Of a stretch of 64,000 nucleotides of DNA, positions 19,214 to 29,700 are shown piece by piece. Under the pieces are notes generated by a model, which was given only the letters and a program-made list of their open reading frames with translations, did no database searches and had not been told where the DNA came from. The translations under genes were made by a program, and so were the position numbers. Origin of the DNA: a virus (lineage: Duplodnaviria; Caudoviricetes); IMG/VR virus record IMGVR_UViG_3300028914_000003, positions 68,636 through 132,635 of that record. One strand, 5' to 3'. How positions within the stretch are numbered: the first letter of the stretch is position 1; each line of letters starts with the position of its first letter.

Positions 19214-19249
19214 TGCCCTTGACCGTGCATCCTACGCACCATATCTTGC
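19214..19249 (+). promoter_or_regulatory. phage late-type promoter motif
   Basis: TGCCCTTG-N20-TATCTTGC. Confidence 0.75.
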
Positions 19250-19261
19250 AGCAAAAACGGC

Positions 19262-19747
19262 ATGGAACAGATGTTTGTCAGAAGACGCACAAGGGTATCA
19301 TATCCTCTCAGGATCGAGGGCGTGCAGAAGGCTCCTGTGACTGCGGAACCTGACGACGCGGAGCTGGCGGCTCAGGCGCTATTAGAGAGTATCGCAAAAC
19401 TCTCCAAAAAAACAGATGTAAATAATACGGCTGAGCCTAAGAAAGGCACATCCGAATATTATCTCAGACTGGCAGGCAGGATACACTCTGCCCACAATTC
19501 TGAGCGTCTCAGGGCAATGCGACTTGTGGCATTTGTCGAGCAGGAGTTGCAACACACCGACCTTCCTGTCAGCGGAGAAGGATCTCTTGGAATCTTGAAC
19601 GCTGAGCTACTGAAACACATTGACGCTATTAACAGAGATGGCGGAGAGCTGAAGCGCCGGTGGCAGCACTGCCTGGCCGAGGTCACCGTCATGATGATGA
19701 AAGGCGGTCCGGCTATATCGGACGATACCACAGATCCAACACAATAA
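19262..19747 (+). CDS. hypothetical protein
   Basis: Has its own promoter motif and a downstream hairpin (19771-19803). Confidence 0.7.
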   Translation: MEQMFVRRRTRVSYPLRIEGVQKAPVTAEPDDAELAAQALLESIAKLSKKTDVNNTAEPKKGTSEYYLRLAGRIHSAHNSERLRAMRLVAFVEQELQHTDLPVSGEGSLGILNAELLKHIDAINRDGGELKRRWQHCLAEVTVMMMKGGPAISDDTTDPTQ

Positions 19748-19808
19748 CTTCATAGAATAAATCATACTTCAGAGGGCAGGTGGTCGTGAGGCCGTCTGCC
19801 CTTTCCTC

Positions 19809-19844
19809 TGCCCTTGATTTTCTGTGAAAATCACTTTATCTTGC
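19809..19844 (+). promoter_or_regulatory. phage late-type promoter motif
   Basis: TGCCCTTG-N20-TATCTTGC at the head of the ACP-TMP-glycosyltransferase operon. Confidence 0.75.
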
Positions 19845-19862
19845 AGACAAAAACATAGTATT

Positions 19863-20126
19863 ATGTACAGGAAAGAGATTATAGACACCGTGAACGCCAT
19901 CATCGGCGAGAAGGCAGACATTGCAGCCGAATACATCGAACCGGATGATTGTTATGACGAAATCGGTTTGAGCCTTGACCAACTCATAGAGTTATCGGTG
20001 AAGATGGAGGACGAGTTCGTCATCGACATCACGGGAACCGATATCCTGCACTTCAATACCATGCAGGACATATACGACATCGTCGAGAAGAAAATTGTAG
20101 ACACCCACGGATTCCAGGTGTATTAA
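19863..20126 (+). CDS. acyl carrier protein-like protein with a non-canonical attachment site
   Basis: Acidic 87-aa protein; EIGLSLDQLIELSVKMEDEFVIDI..NTMQDIYDIV aligns with ACP helices II-IV. Confidence 0.75.
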   Translation: MYRKEIIDTVNAIIGEKADIAAEYIEPDDCYDEIGLSLDQLIELSVKMEDEFVIDITGTDILHFNTMQDIYDIVEKKIVDTHGFQVY

Positions 20127-20147
20127 CGAACCAAGGACTGAACAGCT

Positions 20148-20708
20148 ATGGCATTATTTTCAGAAGCGGAACGCAGTTGGGCAACCGACAAGTACGGTGA
20201 CAAGGTGAAGCGGTGGGACTGGGACTGGCGCGATGAGCGCATCATGGACTGGATCCACAACTTCGAGCGCATCAGCCGCGAGAACACCGAGGAGAACGTG
20301 GAGCGTCTGAATGCCGTGCGCACCGGTGCCATGAAGCGGTCGCTCTGGTGGAAGACGTGGGCGACGAGCGGCGGCGACACACAGGTGTTCGCGGCGCGCT
20401 ATCTCTACTACTCGAAGTTTGTGGAGTTGGCCGTCGGCAAGAACGAGCCCTACGACAGTCCGGTGCCCAAGATTCCGCATCCCTACTGGGAGCCTATTGC
20501 CGTGCCCACCCGTAGTCGCAGGGGTAAGCCCTTCGTCGTGACCGAGATGCGCACGCAGGCCGCCAAGTTCGCTGCTGTGGCCCGCAAGGAGTTCAGCTTC
20601 GCAGGAACCATGTTCCTCGTCTTCGCCATGGGCAGCAACCAGGATGCCCACCAGGCCGTGAACCGCGCCCTCTTCTGGCGACAGCGTCATGACAGAATCT
20701 GGAGATAA
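20148..20708 (+). CDS. putative neck/tail-completion protein
   Basis: TGAMKRSL and YSKFVELAVG resemble HK97 gp10-like proteins; directly upstream of the TMP. Confidence 0.45.
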   Translation: MALFSEAERSWATDKYGDKVKRWDWDWRDERIMDWIHNFERISRENTEENVERLNAVRTGAMKRSLWWKTWATSGGDTQVFAARYLYYSKFVELAVGKNEPYDSPVPKIPHPYWEPIAVPTRSRRGKPFVVTEMRTQAAKFAAVARKEFSFAGTMFLVFAMGSNQDAHQAVNRALFWRQRHDRIWR

Positions 20709-20757
20709 CCAACAACAAACACGAAAACGAACACGAACACAAAAACGAATACAAGAT

Positions 20758-23700
20758 ATGGCAACACGTCACGAACTTATCCACATCGACTTTGTGGCCA
20801 ACGCCGGCAAGGCGAACCCGGTATTGCAATCGCTGAAGGATTCCTGCGAGGAAGCCCGTATAGCAAAGGAAAAACTCGACAATGAGCTGACCAGCGCCAA
20901 GGCTGCCAATGCGCCCAAGGATGTCATAGAGAAAATCAACAAAGACCTGATAGAGCAGACCAAGATTTACCAGGCTCTGCAAAAGGGAGTACGCGAATAT
21001 GCCAAGGGCATCGACACGCTGTCGAAGGGTATTAAGGAGTACAACGAAGGTACGCTCGACCAGATGTCGCCGAAGTTCAATAAGGCTTTGGCTAATTCGG
21101 CCAAACTGGCACAGAGCAACTTCAAGAGCAACACTAAGGAATGGAGCGACCTGCAGACAGTCATAGAGGCCGCCCAGCGCAACGTTACCCGTGCCCGTGA
21201 GGACATTGACGGCCTGATGCAGTCGATGAAGACAGGAGCGTCGGTCAGCGCCAACCAGCTCACCACCGCCCGCGACGTGCTGAAGGATCTTGCCGACCTG
21301 GCCGTCGTAGGCAGCGAGGACTGGCGCGGACTGCAGAAGCAGATGAACGAGGTGGCGCAGGCCGCCGTGACCGTTGCCGAGACCGAGCGCCGCCTGAAGG
21401 GCGAGATAGTGGACGAGCAGGATGCCATCCGACTGTCGAACACACTCACTAAGGAGGCCATTGCCCAGCGTCATGCCATGGGCGAGGCGTTCGTGCAGGC
21501 TGCACAGAAGGAGCGCAGCGGCATCGAGGAAAGTATGAAGGGTGTCAGCCAGAAGATGGTACTGGAACGTCAGGAGCGCGAGGAACTGAAAGACACCATA
21601 GAACTGCAGGAGAACTACGACAAGCTCATAGAGAAGCGCGACAAGAAGATTGCCGACGCAGAAGGGAGGAAGCAGGAGGCCGAGAAGCGCAAGGCAGAGG
21701 CACAGGCCACTATCAACGCCTATGACGAGCAGGAGAAGAAAATCCAGAAGCTGAAGGCTGAGAAGAAGGATCTGGAAGAACAGCAGAAAAAGGAGACGCA
21801 AGCCGCCGAGAAAGCCGCCAAGTCCACCAAAGACCAGGGCGATGTCACCGAAGGCTTAACAAAGAAGGTGAGCACCCTTAAAGGAGAAATCGGTGGACTG
21901 GATACAGAACTGAAAGAACTGGATGCACAAATCGAGAACCTTAACAAAACACAAGGTTTAAGAAACGAGAATCCTATAATCGAGGGTGTAAAAGAAGGCG
22001 CAAAAGACGCACAACAGGAAATTCTGAAGCTCGCTCAGTTACAGGAAGAACTAAAGCAAGCCACGGCAGGGTACAAAAGAGATGCCAGCCAGCTTGACCT
22101 TATGGAAATACTGAATCGTTCGGCGCAAACAAGGTTTGGGAAAGAACAAGGTACATCTACAACATGGCATGGGCGTTTTGAAAACGACGCTTCTTTGAAA
22201 GACACTGTTAATGGACTTGCTAAGACAATGTCGAAAGACAATGCTTATTGGATTTCAACTGCCAAAGAACAAATCAAAAACAGAGTCGGATCTTTCCTGA
22301 ATGAAGACAAGTCGCTTGCAGATCTAAAAGCATTCCGTGAAGAGTGGTCAAAGGTTGTTCAGAGTCTTTATGATGAAGGGAAAGGTAGTGGCAACCACAT
22401 GGAAGCTATTCGCTATATCGACAATCTTATTGAAAAAACCGAGCAACTCAAGAATATTCAAGAGAAACGCGCCGCTGTTCAGAAGCAGCAGGCTGTTGTC
22501 GATGGATTAAAAAAAGAATCAGCTGCAATAGAAGAGACCACCGCTGCCAAGAAAGAGGAGGTTAAGACAGAGGGAGCTGTCATAAAGACCACTGAGACCG
22601 AGACAGTTACAGTCGAATCTCTCATGAAAGCAAATGACAAGCTGAAGGAGAGGTTGGCTGTCCTATATGAAGAAGAGAGAAAACTTTCCGAAGCAAAAGA
22701 GCATGGAACCGAAGCCGTCAAGGAGGAAACTAATGCCATCAAGGAGGAAGCGAACGCCTTTAAGGAACTGTCTAAAGAACAGGCGCAGGCAATGCTTGAC
22801 GCGAAGCAGAAGCTGGCGACATTCAGCACTGCCAACGGCAAGACAACCACCACAAACCTCGAAGAGGCACAGTCGTTCATCTTCGAGGCAGCTAAGAAGA
22901 TTAGCCCGAGTGGCACCAAGGGCGGCAATGTAACGCTTGAAGGTGAAAAGCAGATAGTCGACCTGGTCAGCCAGTTCCAGAGCCACTATGGCCTGCAGAG
23001 TGCCGACGAAGCACAGGGTATTATCAAGAGCGTACTCGGCGACGGCGGGCTTATTAAGAAGGGCTTCATGAACAAGTTCATTCTTAACATCGAGCAGGAT
23101 ACGCCAAAGGTTGCTGCGTATAACAAGGAAATTAAAGACTTGACTACAGTCATCAGCGGTGAGGTTGAGACCATTAAAGAGGAAAGCAGGGCTGTAGAGG
23201 AAAATGCCGAAAAGAAGCGTACGCTCGAACAGGTACAAGCGGAGATTAAGCAAATAGAAGATGAATCAAGAGCCATCTCCAAACAGACATACATTCTTCA
23301 AGGTCAGGCAAGAGAAGCCACCGAAGCCGATACGCAGAGCCTTGAAGAAAATACTGAGGCAAAGAGGAAGAACATAGAAGTAACCAAGGCTGCAATCCTT
23401 GCCGCTAAAGACATGACGGCTGAGGAGGCAAAACTGGTTAAAGATGATTTGACGGCTATCTCAACCGTCGGATGGAAGGCCGGCAAGGTTGACATGTCGA
23501 ATCCGGATGAAGTACAGAATTTCCTTATCGCCGCAATGGGCGGAAAGAAGTTGATTGGCGAAGACGGAACGCTTTCTGTAAAAGGCAGTAAAGTTGAATC
23601 CATCTTGGGTGAGTTCCAGAAAAGATATGGCTTTGAAGGCGATAGACAAACGGCCAAGGAAATTCTCAAAGAGATTGTAAATGGTAGGGACGGAGGCCTG

Positions 23701-26700
23701 TTTAATCCTGGCGGAGCAGTCGATTTCAATGCAGAGAAACTCTCCATCAAAGTCGACAAGGAGGCTTTCGATACACGTATCCAGTTGGTACAAGCACTTA
23801 CTAAAGTTACAAACGCCGCAGCAGAAGCAGAGGCAAAGGTCGTCGAGGCAACAAAGAAGGATACAGAAGCCACCAAGGAAGCCACCAAGGCTACAGAAGG
23901 AGAGACTGACGCCATTGCAGAACAGATACAGGAATTGAATCGTCGTAAGTCGGCTTACGATAAGGCCAACGACGACTACGAAGCAGCGAAGGCAGAGCTC
24001 ACAAAAAAGAGATCAAGACTCAGCAGACTGCCAAAAACCGGTGCAGACGCTCTTCTTCAAAGAGATCAGCTTCAGGGTGAGATAGACGAATACAATGATA
24101 CTACAGTTAAGCCTTTAAGAAAAGAGGCCGGTCGATTAAAGAAACTATGGGAACAGTATAAAGAATCGGCAAGTGCAGAGGGAGAAGCAACCGAGAAAAC
24201 CAAGAAGCGCACCCGTGCCACCGAGGAACAGACCAAGGCCACCGAGGAAGCCGTCAAGGCGGAGATGACCATGGAGGAGATGCTGGCGAAGAGGGCAGAG
24301 ATTGAGTCCCAACTGGAAGCCAAGAAGAAGAAACTGGGTGAAGCCCAGACGACACTCAACGAGCTTCAGCAGCAGAGCATCGCCGGCGACAAGGCCGAGG
24401 CAAACTCCACCGCAGAGCTTCTGAAAAAGAAGGAAGAAGAATACAACCAGGCGACGGCTGACCTGGCCGGCATGAAGGAGGGTAAGGCCAAGGCCAAGAG
24501 AACCATCAGAAGTGCCGACCGCACCATCGCCAGTGCCGACGAGACCATCAGTACCACAAAGAACGAGGCTTTGCCGCAGCGCATGAGCGAGGCCGAGGTG
24601 GGCAAAATGAAGAAGCGCGTGGCAGAGCTTGACGAGGAAATCAAGAAGGACACGCAGGACTTCGACGAACTGGCGCAGAAGATTGCCGCCGTCAACAAGC
24701 GCGAGACCGACGCGGCCATCGAGATGGCACAGTCGGAGAATGTCAGCATGGAGAAGGTAAAACAGGCCATCGACCTGCTGAAGGAGAAGATACGCACCGA
24801 GGCCACCGACGAGCAGACCATGCAGGCACGCGGCGAGGCCATCAACCGGCTGACCGAGCGCTACACGCAGATGAACGCCGAGGTGGTGAAACTCTCCAAG
24901 CCTATCGCAGACCGCCTTTCTGCCGAGGACTTCGGCAAGATGAGCGAGACAGAAATCCGTCAGGGCATTGATGCAGCCAACCAGCTTATCAAGACCTACG
25001 AGAGCGGCAGCGACGAGGCGAAGCGGCTGGCCGAGAACATTGTCCGTGCCGAGAAGCACATCAGGGAGAACGGCGTGGAAGCCGCCCGTCAGGCACAGCA
25101 GCAGAAGGATGCCATCGAACTGATGCAGAACCAACTGTCGAAAGGCAGCGCATTGACCGAGAGCGCATTGAAGACTCAGGTGAAATACTGGCAGCAGCTG
25201 GCCGACGACCCGAAGACGGCGGCAGAGAGCGTCAAGGTTTACACCGACAACCTGAAGGAGGCGCAGGAATTGCTGAAACAGAAGAGCGAGGCCGACATCC
25301 GCGATAAGGCAGGGCGACTGCAGAACATGGATAACTACAGCGTGTCGGAGTTGAAGGAGGGCATCGAGGCCGCCAAGGTGATGCAGCAGACGTTCCGCCT
25401 ATCCGATGACGAGGTAAAGAAGTTGTCTGAGGACATCGTGGCCGCCGAGACCCGCATCAACAAGGTCAGCGTCGAGACGGAGCGCGCAGCACAGAAGCAG
25501 CGCGAGAGCATTGAATTGATGCAGAACCAACTGAACAGCGGGGCGGAATTGACCGAGAGCGCATTGAAGGCTCAGGTGAAATACTGGCAGCAGCTGGCCG
25601 ACGACCCGAAGACGGCGGCAGAGAGCGTCAAGGTTTACACCGACAACCTGAAGGAGGCGCAGGAATTGCTGAAACAGAAGAACGAGGCCGACATCCGCGA
25701 CAAGGCAGGGCGACTGCAGAACATGGATGTCTACAGCGTGTCGGAGTTGAAGGAGGGCATCGAGGCTGCCAAGCAGATGCAGCAGACGTTCCACCTGACC
25801 GATGACGAGGTAAAGAAGTTGTCTGAGGACATTGTGAAAGCCGAGGTGCGCATCAGCAAGGTCAGCGTCGAGACGGAGCGGGCGGCACAAAGAGAGCGCG
25901 AGGCCATACAGCAGATGGAGAAGCAATTGGCAGGGCTGACAACCAAGATGTCGCAGCATGAGGATGTATCTCTCGATGTTCTGAAAGCACAGCACAACTA
26001 CTGGCAAAAACTTATCAACGACCCAAAGAACGCAGGACAGAGCCTGCAAAAGTATGAAGCCAATCTGGCCGAGGTGGAGCGTCTGCAACGCCGCATGGTA
26101 GGCAAGATGGGACAGGAAGCCTTTGAGTGGTTTGAGAGAGGCGACGATGCCAATGCCAGTGCCAATGATATAAAGGAGCGAACCGACGCCATGAAGGCAT
26201 GGCGCGACACGCTGCCAAAACAGGACAAGGCCGAAGTCATTGCCAAGATAGACGAGTATCTCCAGAAGACAGGCCGGTCGGCCAAGAAAGCTGCCGAGGA
26301 CATGATGTCGCTCGACGAGGCGCTGGAACTGGCCAAGAAAGCCGGAGAGAACTACTATCTCTCTGGCGGTAAGGAAGGCTTCGTTGCATCGCCCCAGCAG
26401 ATTCAGGCAGCAACGAAAGCCATTGAGCAGGAACGTGACGCTCTCATCAAGACCATACAGTCCAAGAAGGCCAACGGCGACGCTACCAAGGAGGAAGAGA
26501 AGAAACTCGCCAACCTGACGAAGAAGCTGAAGGACCTGAAGTTTGAGCAGGACAACCTGAACATGAGTCAGGAGAAGATGCAGATGCTGATGAAGCAGCC
26601 CACGCAGGCGGTGAACCTGGACGAGCTGCGCAGCGCCATCAAGCGTGCCGACGGCGAACTGAAGCGCATGGAAGGCTCGATGGGCAAGAACTCGAAGCAG

Positions 26701-29700
26701 TATAAGGAGTTCGCCGCAGAGGTGAAGAATGCCAAGAACGTGCTGAAGGAGATGGAGGGCCAGGCCAAGGCCACCTCGTCGGCATGGGACAAGGCGTGGT
26801 CGCGACTGAAGACCTACGTCGGTATGTACATGGGCTTCAATGCTCTGTGGAACAAGATAACCGGGACGTTCAGCGACATTCACGAACTGAGTGACCGCAT
26901 GGGTGAAGTCAGGAAGACGACTGGATTCACAGCTGATGAAGTTGGGCGATTGAGTGACAAGTTGGCCGAACTTGACACCAGAACAGGACTTACTAACCTG
27001 ATGTCGATTTCTGCTAAAGCGGGTCAGCTGGGTTTGAAGAACATGGAGGATGTGATTGGATTCACCGAGGCTGCTAACAAACTGATGGTTGCCCTGCCTG
27101 AAATGGGAGAGGAAGCCGCCACGCAGATGATGAAGGTAGCCATCGCTACTGGCGAGGTGAACAAGATACAGAAGGAGATGGACGAGGGAGTGACCGAGGG
27201 ATCATCGGCTACGGCTGTGGCTCTGGAGCGTATCGGTTCTACCATCGACCAGTTGCGTGCCAACAGTGCCGCTGCCGCACCGCAGATCACGGACTTCGTG
27301 AAGCGTGTAGGTGCCGTGGGTGCTCAGAGCAATATCAGCATTGACCAAGTTGCAGCGCTGGGTTCTACGGTGGACGCTCTCGGTATGCGTGTCGAGATGT
27401 CGGCCACGGCTCTGTCACGAATGATACCCGCCATCAAGCGTAATGCCTTTGAGGTGGCCAAGGCCATCGGCATGGCTCCGAACGCCCTGCGCCAGATGTT
27501 CGACGAGGCAGGCGGTGGTATGAACGCCATGCTGGCCATCTTCCAGCACATCAAGGATGCAGGCATGAACGCCGACGACATTGAGAAGATGATGGGTATG
27601 GGCGGTATGGCCGACATTATGAAGGACTTGAACCAGCAGGGCGCCCGTGCCGGTATCGTGTTTGCCGGTCTGTCGCAGAATGTCGATGAACTACGCCGAC
27701 AGTTGGGTGTGGCCAAGACTGCCTATGAGGAGAACATTGCCATACAGAACGAGTATGACAAGATGAACGAGACGACCGCTGCCAAGTGGGAGCGTCTGAG
27801 CAATAAGATTGAGGAGATATTCGTCAGCGACACATCGCAGAATGCGCTTGGCGTGATCATCGACGGACTGCGCACCATCATTGACCTGATAACGGGTCCG
27901 CTGAGCACGGCCTTCAATACAACTGTGCTTGCCGTCACTGCCATCAAGACCGGTTTGACAGAAATCCCATCGAAGATAGGCGGATTCTTCGACTACCTGA
28001 AAGAGAGTGCCATGAAGGCTGGCGAAGAACTGCAGAAAGCCGCCAACTCCACGGGCGACATAGCCAAGGCGGCGGAGGGCATTGAGGGTGCAGGCGATGC
28101 CGTGAGCGACATCAGCGAAGCACTGGGCGACGCACAGGAGGCAGGCGAACAGGCTGGCGAGGCTATGGAGACGGCTACGGGTGCCATCGAGGGCATGACG
28201 GGTGCAACGAGAGTGAGCATCTTCAGCGTGCAGGGACTGAAGACCGCATGGAAAGGTCTCGACACTACGATGAAGGCCAATATCATCGTGGCCGTTGTCG
28301 CCCTGCTCTACACACTGGGCAAGGCTCTCTACAATGCGCTGACCGAGACGAGCAAGTACAGCAAGGCCGTGGCCGATGCCAATGCCATGATACAGATTGC
28401 TATCGACCGCTTCGAGGGCTACTGGGAGAAGCTGAAGGAAACTGCTGCCGCTCTTGACAGGGCAAAGAAATCGACCGAGGGGCTGAAGGAAGGAAGCGAC
28501 CAGCTGACAAAAGCCACCATTGACCTGACCAAGGCAGACAATGCCCACAAGGCTGCCATTGCCGACATCAATAGTATATATGGTAAGTACCTGGGCTTCA
28601 TGCTGACGGAGGCCAACTATGCCAACCTGAGTGCAGCAGCCCACGACAAAGTGGCCGCTGCCATCCGTCGCGAGATGCTGGCCAAGCAGCAGCAGGCCGC
28701 CATCGACCAGGTGACACAGGAGAACACCGAGAACCTGAAGGACGGACTCGCAAACCTGACGGAGGAACTGCGCGAGGACGGACGCCTGAACAACCAGGAG
28801 GCCGCCAAGGCGAAGAGTGCCGTGCAGAAGTTCATGAGGGAGAACATCAAGTTCAATACTGCCAGCGGAGAGTATGAGGTAAGCCAGCAGGCCTATCAGT
28901 ATCTGACGGGCAAGGGTGCCAACTTGGGTAAGCTGAAGGGGCTTAACCCCAACCAGCTTGCCGCAGGATGGCTCTATGAATACCTGAAAGAGAACTTCCA
29001 CCTGAACGATGCGGCACTGGCCGACATTACGGGCGTATTCCCACAGGGCGGTAGCTACAGAAAGACCAATGTAGGCGGCCGTAACTTCCGTGGCGACTAC
29101 GCCAGTGCATATCTCGACAATATGCAGGACGTGGCCGAGGTGCAGGACGTGTTCGCAGGTGACCTTGGCGACGCTCAGAAGGAAGACCGCAAGGCCACCA
29201 CGAAGCTCGTTGAGAAACTGAAGAAGCAGGCCGACGCTGCCAAGGCAAAGATTACAGACAAGAGCACCAGCGAGAAGGAGCGCAACGCCGCCTACGAGGA
29301 TTTGGCAAACGCTCTGGAAGGTCTCGACGGCAACATCGACCAGCTGAACCCCGTGGAGAACAAGACACTGATAGATGCCGTCAAGAAGCAGGCCGACGAT
29401 ATATCGAAGTCGGTTGACAAGGATAAGCTGCTACGTGCAAGAACCAATGCCCGCAGTATCTTCGCCCGTGCTACCGGCAGTGAGAACGGTTATACACCAG
29501 AGGTTCCGCTGACACCTGAGAGTAATCCTTGGGGCACAAAGCAAGGTGCCTATTCTACCGACTGGGCGAAAATGACCGCCGAGCAGTTGGTGCAGCGCCG
29601 TAAGCAGATGAAAGACTTCGTGAACTCCATACAGACGGACACCGACGTAAAGGCCGTGCTTGAAGAGGATGCTGCCCTAAAGAAAGCCATCGAGAAGGGT

